Shown here piece after piece: positions 12,214 through 25,146 of a DNA stretch of 64,000 bases. The DNA lies in the NCBI GenBank assembly GCA_030390025.1, contig CM059438.1, positions 54,624,001 to 54,688,000 of the forward strand, given 5' to 3'. Origin of the DNA: Squalus acanthias (taxonomy: Eukaryota). The position numbers and the translations under genes are program-made. A model generated the notes under the pieces. The model ran no database searches, had not been told where the DNA came from, and worked only from the letters and a program-made list of their open reading frames with translations. The stretch's first letter is position 1; every line of letters starts with the position of its first letter.

Positions 12214-15200
12214 CTTACCTCTGGTACCAGCATGTGCTCTTCACATAAAAAGCCACACCCCTTCCTAAACTTTGTAACCTGCAGAGCCATCTATATCAGT
12301 GTAAATTCATCTTTATCTATCTATCTACATCTTTACTTAGCACTGTGATGTCTCAGATAGAATTGTTATCTTTTATAGTAAAGCACCAGAGATCTTCAGT
12401 TTAGTTATCAAGATTTCTTCCCTTCAGTGTACAGAATTTTGAGGCATCTTTAACCTGATCAATTTTTTTCACGATCAATATTTTGTGTGTCGTCAGGAAA
12501 GATGGTACAGGCCAGGACATGGGACTCATTTAAGAACAGCTGGATGCGTTAATAAAAGATTGTTATTCATTGTTAATCTGAAAGAATGAAATCAAAGGGC
12601 GTTTTTCATCCAAACTTGCTGTTATATTGTACCTGCTTACTTACATCAACGACTGCATTCAAACTGCCATCTTCCATTTTTTCCTGTTTCATAGTATCTG
12701 TATCCTTTCTAGCTCTCATATTCTTTACCTTCCCTTGTTTTAAATCTGCTGTTTACCACAACCCCCACCCCGCCACATTCAGCTAACTAGGTACCAGTGT
12801 AGCCCAGATGAAACCATCCCATCTGAATAGTTTCCCCAGCCCAGAAATCATCCGAACATCCTAGGAACCTGAAACCCTTCCTTCCACATCATCCTCGATG
12901 CCAAATGTTAATGTACCGCATCCATTTCTCCTTAATTCGTGGTACCAGGATTAATCCTGAAATTACTGCCCTCGATATCTTGTTTTTCAGTCGAGTGCCT
13001 AGCTCCTCAAATGTACCCTGCAACAACTCCATTATACTCGTTCCTAGGATCACCATGACTTTTTAAGTGTGTCCCACCTGCATCAGAGTTTGTCTACCCA
13101 TTCCATTATGTTCCTTACCCTGGTACCTGGGAGGGAATACACCATCTGGTCGCAGGGTGCAGCTGCAAAACAGGATGCCTATACTGCTAATTATTGAATC
13201 CCCACAGGTATCACTTGTCTGTTCTCCTGAATAGACTCAGTCGAATCACCATGGCTAGCCATTCATTCACAGATGCAGTGGTCTTGCTCCTAACTACTCT
13301 CCCCTGTGTCACAGTCCTCTTTTGCACTGAGAACTCTCTATACCTTTTAGACAAGTTCAGAGTCTCAGAGGCGGCTTGCACTGGGAGCTCTCATCTATTC
13401 CTGCTCTCCCGCTGCGTGGCCACGCAATCACTATCCTCTGCTGCACTACTCCATCCCATTGATCTGCGGGGTGACAATCTTTTGGAACATTAAGCCCAAA
13501 AATCTTTCTTCCTCCTGTATGTTACAGAATGTAGGCAGCTGGTCCTTGAGCTCAGTGATCCTCTACTCAGCCTTATGACACTTCCTGCATACATGCTGTC
13601 TTGGGATAGCAGAGCTCATTCCTATTCTCACAGCTGCAATGCTACTCTGTTAACTCTCCCAGATTCTGCCTTGTTAGCTACTGATTCCTCATGATTTTGA
13701 CAGTAATTGATTAATTTATCTTTATCCTGCTGTTTATCATCATAATAAAAAGAAACTAGCGTTTACTTTTCCCATTTTCTTTGGTGAATGAGCAAAACAA
13801 TCTAGTAAAGAACTGTTGGAGTTTACGCTGCTCTCACATTCTAACCACAGTGACTTTGAAACTAATCTAGGTTCATTATGCAATTCGAGGCATTGGCGTG
13901 TCAGGGAATAGCTCCAGCATGCATTTGTCCCTGCCACACTCCTGTGCAATAATCCTCCTCAGATCTGAAGCCACAAGCTGAAAGGGTGAGCGTGTTATGT
14001 AGCCTCAATATCATGTGGCACTCTTCTTTCACTGCATTATCGGTGACCATTGGTCACGAATCTCTTTTACACCATGCATTTTATCTGCTCATTGTGGAAT
14101 CAGTATGGAGTTCCTGCAGCAACTAATTAAGCAAATAGCGCTGGTCCAATCACATACTATATTATTAGGAAAATACCTATTTCACATTGCCTGTCTAAAC
14201 AATGAAAGTAAAAACAGTGAGCATTTGGATTCATTAAAACATAAAGGTTTTAAAAGGTTTCAATCAGGTAAGCAAAGGCAAACATTTGTCTGGGAAGTAT
14301 GCCAATGTCAGTTAAGAGCATTTCTAATGCATACTAATGTGCAATCAACCCAGAAATGCTTTTGTCAAAGTCTCCAGGTCGCCCATTTATTTGGATATTA
14401 GCAACTAAACAGACTGCTACAATTAGAATTTCAATTGCTGATTGGCAATGAAACCCCATTTCTTCCTACACATGCCCAGTGGTACATGCCTGATGTGGTA
14501 ACTCTTTCTGTTACTGCTGGCTGATAATGTCCAGAACACTTGCTTTATTTAGAGCTGTAAAAATCCATCTCAACCAGGAGGACTTTTTAAATAAGGAGAA
14601 CTTTTAAATATGTGAATGAATAACGACTGTAGACTTTTAATATATAAAAGTCACCACAAATAAATAATTTCAGATACAGTTAAAATATTTTCCCAATTAG
14701 AACATAGTGTTCCAAAAAACATTCACAGCTTTTAATGTGCACTCTTTCCAGAACCTCAGATTTCTGACTTCAGTTGGTTTTAAATGTGATACCAAGTATT
14801 TCCACAGAAGTCGCAACTGCCATAAGAAGAAAACTTTAATCAAACATCCTTTGAGATCAAATTCCTGTACCAATCCATCTCAACACATAATTTCAGGAAT
14901 ACTTTATTTTTAAGCCTAACCCCACTAACTGAAAGTTCACTTTGATAAAAATATTCTTGCAACAGTAGCTGTCCTGGGTATCAGGGAAACTAACAGAAGA
15001 AAACGAGAGAGGCAAAGAGTCAGAAGTGGCAGAGGGGAAAGAAAGAAAGAGAAGAAAGTGAGAGGGAACTGATAGAAGAGAGAGTCACAGAAATGGCAGA
15101 GAGAGATAGAAGTAGTTTTAGAGTTGAAATTTTGAGGTTAATAGAAATTCCATTTTGAGCTGACAGAGATAAAACTTGTAAAGGATATCATCACTGTGAT

Positions 15201-15669
15201 TAATTGCCCACGTCTCTGAGCATAGAGTAAGGCCATCTGTACAGCATAGCAACACAGAAAAACATGGGCCTGCAAAGTACAAGACCAAGGCAAAACAATG
15301 AAAGAAGATGACAGCCATAGATGGAGATTCACCATAACTTTCTAAGAGGGAGCTAAAAAGATGGGACCACAAAGACTATCTAGGCAAAGGAGCAGGTATC
15401 ATCGTGAGGATTACCTGCATATTCAAAGTTGTTGACTTGTCAGCGAACTGCAAATTTAATCTTACTAAGCTGTATGGCAACCTTTGCCTTTGAAAATAAC
15501 TTTGTTATATTGTAAGCAAAAGATTCATGTTACCGCTGACATATGTTTAACAAACCCTTTTCTAGGATTAAATCTCAATGTCTAGTTAAGAAGGGTTAAC
15601 TTGGTCATGTGAGTCTCTTCTAATATGTCAATCAATTTTCATAGGCTATGTCAGGAATTTTGGTGCAAT

Positions 15670-16168
15670 ATCAGGGTGCAAAAAAGATTTACAAAGGATG
15701 ATACCAGAACTGCGAGGTTATACCCATCAGGAAAGAATGAACAGACTGGGTCCCTTTTTTCTTGAAAAGAGAAGGCTGAGGTGTGACCCAATAGAAGTCT
15801 TTAAAATTATGAAAGGTTTTGATAGAGTAGACACAGAGAGAGTGTTTCCACTTGTGGGGAAGAGCAGAACTAGCAGCCATCAATATAAGGTCGTCACCAA
15901 GAAATCAAATAGGGAATTCAGAAGATACTTACTTCTTTACCCAGAGAATTGTGAGAATGTGGAACTCACTACCACAGGGAGTACTTGAGGTGAAGAGCAT
16001 AGATGCATTTAAGGAAAAGCTAGATAAGCATATGAGCGAGAAGGGAATTGAGGGTTATGCTGATAGAGTTAGATGAGGAAGGATGGGAGGAGACTCGAGT
16101 GGAGTATAAACACCGGCATGGACTGGTTGGGCCAAATGGCCTGTTTCTGTGCTGTATATTCTATGCAA
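15670..16168 (+). mobile_element. CR1 3' fragment
   Basis: RFT.MIPELRG, FTQRIVRMWNSLP motifs and a 3'UTR tail. Confidence 0.9.
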
Positions 16169-16359
16169 TATGATTGTTAAAATTCACATGTTTAGATGGT
16201 GATGATTAAAATTCACATGTTTTGATGACAGCCAGGACTTTCTGTCCAGTTCATCCCTGTGCCATTGTCTTTTAGGACTCTGGCAAAAGGGAGTTAACTC
16301 AGTCTCCACTGGTTGTACTGAAAATCAATGTTGAATGGCTCAGTGTGCAACTATTTAAT

Positions 16360-16587
16360 GATGCGGAGATGCCGGTGTTGGACTGGGGTGGACAAAATTG
16401 AGAGGTCGCACAACACCAGGTTATAGTCCAACAGTTTTATTTGAAATCACAAGCTTTCGGAGCTATCGATTGCCCCTTCCTCAGGTGAAGTAACCTGAGG
16501 AAGGGGCAATCGATAGCTCCGAAAGCTTGTGATTTCAAATAAAACTGTTGGACTATAACCTGGTGTTGTGCGACCTCTCAATTTTGT
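16360..16587. mobile_element. Penelope-derived hairpin mini-element
   Basis: 96-bp perfect inverted repeat (16391-16486 / 16493-16588). TSD CAACTATTTAAT. Confidence 0.92.
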
Positions 16588-16711
16588 CAACTATTTAATA
16601 ACATGGGTAAGTAAAGGGGCAAGCTAAACTGTGTATTTTATAAACTTTAGAAGTTTAGAATAGAAATACATTCTAGTCTGTATATATGTGTGAAAATGGA
16701 CAAAGATGGTC

Positions 16712-17134
16712 AGATACTCATTGGAGTTTAGAAGAATGAGAGGTGATCTTATTGAAACATATAAGATTCTGAGGGGGATTGACAGGGTGGATGCTGAGAG
16801 GATGTTTCCCCTAGTGGGGGGAATTTAGAACTAGGGGGCATAGTTTCAGAATAAGGGGTCGACCATTTAAGACGGAGATGAGGAGGAATTTCTTCTCTCA
16901 GAGGGTCGTGAATCTTTGGAATTCTCTACCCCAGAGAGCTGTGGAGGCGGAGTCATTGAATATATTCAAGGCGGAGATTGACAGACATTTGAACTACAAG
17001 GGAGTCAAGGGGTATGGGGAGAGAGTGGGAAAGTGGTGTTGAGGCCAAGATTGGATCAGCCATGATCTTATTGAATGGCGGAGCAGGCTCGAGGGGCGAT
17101 TGGCCTACTCCTGCTCCTGTTTCTTATGTTCTTA
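16712..17134 (+). mobile_element. CR1 3' fragment
   Basis: YSLEFRRMRGDLIETYKIL coding and TTCTTATGTTCTTA tail. Confidence 0.9.
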
Positions 17135-17999
17135 TACCCTGAACATATTTAGACTAAATACTGGAAGTTTCAAGAGTATATTCCGTATATACATACTGGA
17201 CATGTTCTACTATATACATCATTATCTTACAAATTTTTATCGGAAGAGTGTGTTTTCATTCACAGCTGTTAATTAAACCATGTCGCTAGCCAACAAGAGA
17301 CCACTGCCCATGGATATCCAAACACACATATAACAAAATACCTGTTCAGTAGCACTTACACTAATGGACCCAGACCATAAAACATCTGAAAATACTCACT
17401 GCACAGAGGTTGCAGGAAAAAATCATTACTTTCCTTAAGCCTCTTGCTCCCATCAGCTGCATCAGGATCAGCCTTTGCTCTGGATGCTACTTCAAGTCCA
17501 TCTCTTTTTCACCTTCCCTGGGTTTGTACAACATCCAGCTATTAAGGAACTGATATGCTGGAACCAACTGGCAGCCTGCACACTTAGTTCCAGATCCTCA
17601 ACTTAGCACACCTCTTTTCCAAGTCATTTTGAGAACATTTAACCTCTTCTACTCTGCTGAAGAAAGCAGCTATTTGGGCAGTTAATTATATTTCTGCTGC
17701 CACGATAGAGCCAGCTGTCAGCAAAGATCTCTAGTTAGGGAATTCCTCCAATCTCTCAATGGAAAACCGAGGTGAAGGAAAAGTACAGTGGGGTTCAACC
17801 CCCACTTCTCACAGCATCACAGAATCCCCACAGTGCAGATAGAGGCCATTTCAGCCCATCAAGCAACAATGGCAATTTGTTTCATTTCTCCATCACTGGT
17901 TCTAGTCACAGCAGCATAGCCTGCAACTGCCAGTTGCACAAATTATAATTCACCTCAAACTTCTGTAATTCATTTGCTTCTTTTCTGTATTCTCAAATA

Positions 18000-20900
18000 T
18001 TAGGAGTTTTCTACAGGCCCCCAAATAGTAATAAAGATGTGGAGGAAGAAATTGCAAAGCAGATTATGAATAGGTGTGGAGGTCACAGAGTAGTTGTCAT
18101 GGGTGACTTCAACTTTCCAAATATTGATTGGAACCTTTATAGGTCAAACAGTTCGGATGGGATAGTTTTTGCACAGTGTGTGCAGGAGGGTTTCCTGACA
18201 CAATATGTGGATAGGCCGACAAGAGGTGGGGCCACGTTGGATTTGGTACTGGGTAATGAACCGGGCCAAGTGATTGATTTGTATGTGGGAGAGCACTTTG
18301 GAGATAGTGACCACAATTCGGTAACTTTCACTATTGCAATGGAGAGGGATAGGGCCATATGGTAGGGCAGGGTTTATAATTGGGGGAGGGGTAATTATGA
18401 TGCGATTAGGCAAGAATTAGGGAGTACAAGATGGGAACAGAAACTATCAGGGAAAGGCACAAACGAAAAGTGGAGCTTTTTCATGGAGCAATTACTGCGT
18501 GTCCTTGATAGGTATGTCCCTGTCAGGCAGGGAGGAAATGGCCGAGTGAGAGAACCATGGTTCACAAAAGAGGTTGAATGTCTAGTCAAGAGGAAAAAGG
18601 AAGCGTATGTAAGGATGAGAAAACAAGGTTCAGTTGGGTCGATTGAGGGGTACAAGGTAGCAAGGAATGAGCTAAAAAAAGAGCTTAGGAGAGCTAGGAG
18701 GGGGCATGAGAAGTCCTTGGCGGGTCGGATCAAGAAAAACCCCAAGGCTTTTTACTCCTATGTGAGAAATAAAAGAATGACCAGGGTGAGGGTAGGGCCG
18801 GTCAAGGACAGTAGTGGGAACTTTTGCATGGAGTCAGAAGAGATAGGAGAGGTGATGAATGAATACTTTTCGTCAGTGTTCACCGAGGAGAGGGGCCATG
18901 TTCTTGAGGATGAGAGTGTGATAAAGGTGGATAGGCTGGAGGTGGTAGATGTTCTGAGGGAAGATGTTTTAGCAATTTTGAAGAACCTGAGGGTCGATAA
19001 GTCCCCTGGGCCAGATGGGATATATCCTAGGATTCTTTGGGAGGCAAGGGAGGAGATTGCAGAGCCTCTGGCTTTGATCTTTGGGTCCTCACTGTCCACG
19101 GGAATGGTGCCAGAGGACTGGAGAGTGGCGAATGTTGTTCCTCTCTTCAAGAAAGGAAATAGGAATGACCCTGGTAATTATAGGCCGGTTAGTCTTACTT
19201 CGGTGGTTGGTAAGATAATGGAAAAGGTCCTGAGGGATAGGATTTATGACCATTTGGAAAGGGGCAACTTAATCAGGGAAAGTCAACACGGATTCGTGAA
19301 GGGTAAGTCTTGCCTAACAAATTTGATTGAATTCTTTGAGGAGGTAACTAAGTGTGTAGATGAAGATAGAGCAGTTGATGTCGTATACATGGATTTTAGT
19401 AAGGCGTTTGATAAGGTTCCCCATGGTCGTCTCATGAAGAAAGTAAGGAGTTGTGGGATAGAGGGAAATTTGGCCGATTGGATAAGTAACTGGCTATCTC
19501 ATAGAATTGAGAGGTCGCACAACACCAGGTTATAGTCCAACAGTTTTATTTGAAATCACAAGCTTTCGGAGCTATCACTCCTTCCTCAGGTGAAGTAAAT
19601 TGGATACAGAATCGCCAGAGCATATATAGATGGAAAAAAAAGCATGTGTACTTTACAATTGCAGACCAATAAATTAAATCATCCTGACTATCTGCCGAGG
19701 TGTGATAAAGTTAATTAAGTCAGCCAGGAAGGTACCACATCAAAAGACATAGCAAGATACAACTGAGACAATGAGGTGTAGTCGCAGGGGTTCCAACGTG
19801 TCAAAAGCTGCCGTCTGTATGTAAAACGAAAAGCTTTAAAAAAAATTTACTTTTTTACTGGGAAAATTTTTACTTTTTTACTGGGAATCACATCTGTGAA
19901 CAAGCTAACGACGACTCGAGTCCGGATCACGTCATGTATCGTGACATAAACCCAAGATCCCGATTGAGACCGTCTTCATGAGTTCGGAACTTGGCTATCA
20001 GTTTCTGCTCGATGATTTTGCGTTGTCGTGTGTTTCTAAGGTTGCCTTGGAGAACGCTTACCCGCAGATCCGAGGCTGAATGTCCTTGACTGCTGAAGTG
20101 TTCCCCGACTCTCATAGAAGGCAGAGGGTGGTGGTGGATGGAACATTTTCGGACTGGAGAACAGTTACCAGCGGTGTGCAACAGGGGTCGGTGCTGGGTC
20201 CTCTGCTGTTTGTGATTTTTATCAATGACTTGGAGGAGGGGACTGAAGGGTGGATCAGTAAATTTGCTGATGACACCAAGATTGGTGGAGTAGTGGATGA
20301 GGTGGAGGGCAGTTGTAGGCTGCAAAGAGACATTGATAGGATGCAGAGCTGGGCCGAAAAATGGCAGATGGAATTTAACCCTGATAAGTGCGAGGTGATT
20401 CATTTTGGTAGGGCAAATTTGAATAAGGATTACAGGGTCAACGGCAGGGTTCTGAGGAACGTGGAGGAGCAGAGGGATCTGGGGGTTCATATCCACAGAT
20501 CTCTGAAGGTTGCCACTCAAGTGGATAGAGCAGTAAAGAAGGCCTATGGTGTGTTGGCGTTTATTAACAGAGGGTTTGAGTTTAAGAACCGTGAGGTTAT
20601 GCTGCAACTGTACAGGACCTTGGTGAGACCACATTTGGAATATTGTGTGCAGTTCTGGTCACCTCACTATAGGAAGGACGTGGAAGCATTGGAAAGAGTG
20701 CAAAGGAGATTTACCAGGATGCTGCCTGGTTTGGGGGGGAGGTCTTATGAGGAAAGATTGAGGGAGTTGGGGCTTTTCTCTTTAGAGAGGAGGAGGATGA
20801 GAGGCGACTTAATAGAGGTTTATAAGATGATGAGGGGGATAGATAGAGTGGATGTTCAGAGACTATTTCCTCGGGTAGAGGCAGCTGTTACAAGGGGGCA

Positions 20901-21170
20901 TAACTATAAGGTGCATGGGGGGAGATATAGAAGGGATGTCCGAGGTAGATTCTTTACTCAGAGAGTGGTTGGGGTGTGGAATGGACTGCCTGCTGTGATA
21001 GTGGAGTCGGACACTTTAGGAACTTTCAAGCGGTTATTGGATAAGCACATGGAGCACACCAGAGTGATAGGGAGTGTGATAGCTTGATCTTGGTCTCGGA
21101 CAATGCTCGGCACAACATCGAGGGCCGAAGGGCCTGTACTGTGCTGTACTCTTCTATGTTCTATGTTCTA
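18000..21170 (+). mobile_element. 5'-truncated CR1 LINE (EN-RT) interrupted by a Penelope insertion
   Basis: ORFs 18039-18365, 18483-19535 and 20080-21087 carry MGDFN, SDHN, KSPGPDG and FADDTK. (TTCTATG)n tail at ~21152-21170. Confidence 0.95.
19507..20109 (-). mobile_element. 5'-truncated Penelope-like element (GIY-YIG C-terminus + 3' region)
   Basis: VGEHFSSQGHSASDLRVSVL...EQKLIAKFRTHEDGLNRDLGF. TSD TCTCATAGAA (19497-19506, 20110-20119). Confidence 0.92.
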
Positions 21171-21669
21171 TTCATAAATTACCAATATCCGTGTATAGTA
21201 CTTCTATTTTTTTTTTAATTCAAAATAAGCTATCTTAGCCAATGCTCAAATTCTATTACTGTCATATACAACAAAACTCTTTAAATGGAGAAAATAAGGT
21301 GAAGAGCCAATTCTCATAACACAGGAAATCACTGTGATGAAAACAGAATTTCTGTCTGAGACATATATATCTTGTATATACATCATTTTAAAGTTATGGT
21401 AACCCCAAGATGTTTGCAAGTGTTGTATTGGAAACTGCAATTGATACTCAAACACTTTGTCCAACTCACAGCTACAAAACATTCCCTGATCTAATGAGAT
21501 CTGTTATTTGTATCCCTCATGGTGTAAGGAGTAGGTGAAAAATGGAATTTACTGTTATTGTCAGGCTGTTATGCCAATTATCCCATTATTTACTAAGGTA
21601 TTACTAGATCTGGAAGAACTATGAGACTTTTTCCTTAAGAAGAGTATGTAGTGTAAATTGTGGTTGTGT

Positions 21670-22258
21670 AGTACGCAGCAAACTTAGGTTTTTTTCAGGT
21701 TTCTCCGGGAGGGTAAGTATTGAAGAAGCTGCGCTTTTAAAAAGGAGGTGCAAGACCCGTTTTCAAGAAGGTAAGTGGTTAATTAATTACAATTTAAAAA
21801 AATTTCAACAGGTTTATCTTTTTTAGATACTTTAAAGAAAGGTAAGTTTATTTTTAGCACTGTTAAAAGTATTTGAATTTTTTCAAAAATTTAAATTTTT
21901 GTTTGAAGTAGTTAATTTATTTAACTTATAGTTATTTTAAAAATGTGATGTTTTTTTTTATTTATTTGAAGTTTAGGTGTTGTTTTGGGGCCGATTTCAA
22001 TTCATAGATTTGACAGGTCCTGTCAAATCTATGAATGAAAGATGGTCTGCTGCCATTGGCTCTCCATGGCCCACGTGATCCCAGGGGACGCATCGCACTA
22101 ACTACGCCCCTGGGACACGCAAGCACTGCGCGCCGGCAGTTGGGGGAGGCCCAGGAGCTGAAGTCCCCGTGGGCCCAGAGGTCAACGGCAGGCGCGGTAG
22201 GTAGGTGCACGCGGGATCCTTGCACCCGCGGGAAGCCAGGGAGCCTAATTTCTGGGCC
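21670..22258 (-). mobile_element. partial Harbinger-type MITE, inverted relative of 47707-48459
   Basis: Reverse-complement similarity over ~580 bp, including terminus AATTTCTGGGCC and an internal palindrome. Confidence 0.85.
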
Positions 22259-23024
22259 AATAGGCATTGGTCAGTAAAAGACATTGAAACAATGTGTCAT
22301 TGTGACTGAACTAAAAACAAGCCAAAACACTGAGCGTGATTACAGCCACAGATTGTTTAAATTCAACCAATAAGAAAATACAGCAAAGAGGTAGTGTGCA
22401 AGAGATGCTCAGAAGCTGCAACTGTGTATCAAACAGTCCTGCCTAATAAAATGCAGCTTGTTTAAAAATAACTAAACACTGTGGTTCACAACTGCAACCA
22501 TTAATTGGTATGTACATGTAAAAGAAATTAGTACTTTATGATCTACAGTGAGGACATTTTCACCAGTCATAGAGTGACAGTTCTTACTGGATGACGATTA
22601 TGGCCATCTTTCACACCAGCAGTATAGCTGGAACTCACCATCACTGGCATTAGGAGTCAGGTTATTCAACAAGTACAGGTATTTACATGAAATAGTAACA
22701 TCACTGGGAATTTCCTACAAATACATAAAGTTTTACTTTGATTTTCACACTTATGAAACACTGACCAGTGAAATTACCAAGCAAAATACACAACAGGAAG
22801 TTGCAAATAGACAACCTTCAATGAAGCACACAGATAGCCTCAATTCTTCCCATTCTACAACTCAAGGGAAAGAAGGCATGGTTTTCTTGGGTCTCTACAA
22901 CCCAAAGAACATAATCATTGTAGGTCCAATTTTTCCTTCTTTACAACCCATAGATTTAGACGTCGAGATCATCAAGGCGATTGGTATGCAGCAAGCTGTC
23001 CTCTAAGCCCTTTCATCACACTGA

Positions 23025-23210
23025 AGAAAGAAAGTCTTGCATTTATATAGCGCTTTTCACAACCACTGGACGTCCCAAAGCGTTTTACAGCCAATGAAGT
23101 ACTTTTTGAAGTGTAGTCACTGTTGCAATATAGGAAACGCGGCAGCCAATTTGTGCACAGCAAGCTCCCACAAATAGCAATGTGATTGAGGGATAAATAT
23201 TGACCAGGGA
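23025..23210 (-). mobile_element. SINE 3' portion (Deu/L2-tail type)
   Basis: Reverse complement of the 3' half of the SINE at 35550-35985. Confidence 0.85.
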
Positions 23211-23939
23211 AAGACATCAGTTAAATATCTGATAAGGAAACGTTGAGGCTTCAAATCACAGCTGCCAGAAGGAGTTACTAGAGGCCAGATATGCAAACAC
23301 AAGCAAATATTTCATGGCCTACCTTGATTGGGTTTGAGAGAGGCAATTAATTGCTCCAGAGGCTCTGCAGCTCCGACTGGTGAAACTACCATTTGATGGG
23401 ATATGATGCATAGGATCTTGTCAGTACAGCCACATGTGCTGTTCCCATGCTGCTCAGGAGTAGTTTCTGCTACCAGCTGTTTGCCTACTGAGAGTTCGAG
23501 CACACAAATATTCAATTGCCTAATGATCAATAGACTGGTTATGGAAGTTTGTAATCAAGTTGAACCTCTAAAGCAGACAGAGTAATTCAATATCTGAACC
23601 AAGCAGGTCTGCAGTATCCCAGGATGATGTTGTTGATTAACCAAGTTGTCTTCTCTCATTGATGGGGGCTGGAGGTATCGATTCGTCATTCAGGGCTGGG
23701 ACTTTTCATTCAGCACCCTGTAAACCAATGCCCTAATGGGTCGAATGGTCTCAGATACACAAGAGCAGTTTGCTTGACTGGTGTCCCTGCTATTGGACTC
23801 CCTCCATCACAGCTGCACTGTGACTGCAGTATGAATAATCTGCAGAATGCACTGCAACTCACCTCCCTCCTCTGTGACCTCTAGCACCGAGGACTAGAGA
23901 ACCTCCAAGTTCCCCTCTAAGTCACACATCTTCCAGACA

Positions 23940-25055
23940 TAAGGTGAAAGTGACTGCTTTCTACATCAAGGCAGCATTCGAGTGTGGCACCAAGGTACCC
24001 CAGTAAAACTGAAGTCAATGGGGAGCAGGGGAAAAATCTCCAGTGACTGGAGTCATACTTGGCACAAAGATAGATGGTTGTGGTTGTTGAATGCTATTCA
24101 TCTCAGCCCAGTAAATTATTGCAGGAGTTCCTCAGGGCAGTGTCTTTGGCCCAACTACCTTCAGCTGCTTCATCAATGATAATCTCTCCATCATAAGGTT
24201 AGAAGTGAGGCTGTTCGATGATTACAGTGTTCAGCTCCATTTGCAATTCCTCAGATAATGAAGCAGTCCATGCCCACATGCAGCAAGACCTGAACAACAT
24301 CCAGGCTTGGGCTTATAACTGGCAAGTAACATTTGCGGCACACAACTGCCAAGCAAAGACCAACTCCAACAAGAAGGAGCCAAGTCATCTCCTTTTGACA
24401 TTCAATGGCATTACCATCACCGACTCCCCCACCATTGACCAGAAACTCAACTGGACCAGCCACATAAATGCCGTGACTACTAGAGCAGTTCAGAGGCTGA
24501 GTATTCTGCGACGAGTGGCTCACCTCCTGACTCCCAAAGCCTTTTCATCACCAACAGGGTACAAGTCAGGACTGTGATGGAATACTCTCTACTTGTCCAG
24601 ATTGGTGCAGCTCCAACAACACTCAAGAAGCTCAACACTATCCAGGACAAAGCAGGCCGCTTGATCGATACCCCATCCACCAGATTAAACATCCACTCCT
24701 TCAACCACCGGCGTACCGTGGCTGCACTGTGTACTATCTACAGGGTGCACTGCAGCAACTCAACAAAGCTTCTTCAGCAGCACCTCCCAAACTCACGACC
24801 TCCACCACCTAGCAGGACAAGGGCAGCAGGTGCATGGGAACACCATCACCTCCAAGTCACACGCCATCTTGAGTTGGAAATATATCGCTATTCCTTCATC
24901 ATCACTGGGTCAAAATCCTGGAACTCCCTGCCTAACAGCATTGTGGGAGTACTTTCACCACACGGACTTCAGCTTCTGAAGACAACTGCTTAGGGCAACC
25001 AAGGATAGGCAATAAATGCCAGCCTTGCCAGCGACACCCAAATCCCGAGAATATT
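23940..25055 (+). mobile_element. decayed LINE 3' part (CR1/L2 group, distinct from the main CR1 families)
   Basis: GVPQGSV.GP..FSCFIND-like RT, QQDLNNIQAWA, GSKSWNSLP. Tail GGCAATAAATGCCAGCCTTGCCAGCGAC. Confidence 0.8.
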
Positions 25056-25146
25056 TTTTAAACTCCAGCAGTGCCCCTACACTGGGAGTCTCAAAGCCAA
25101 CTTGTGCCTTAGCTACCGAGGCTTAATTAAATGAGGTGTCTCCCTG

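Larger units (their letters stand above)
10360..13620 (-). mobile_element. ancient, decayed near-full-length CR1 (RT/EN and ORF1 esterase remnants), hosting younger inserts
   Basis: Minus-strand remnants of NVMPIYK..DN.GN and EN segments, plus the esterase DGFHL/GFRFLG-like region at ~12800-12880. Confidence 0.55.

Noticed and set aside
19927..20634. 235-aa minus ORF as a novel gene
   Set aside because: Chance fusion of antisense CR1 sequence with the Penelope GIY-YIG C-terminus across the insertion junction.
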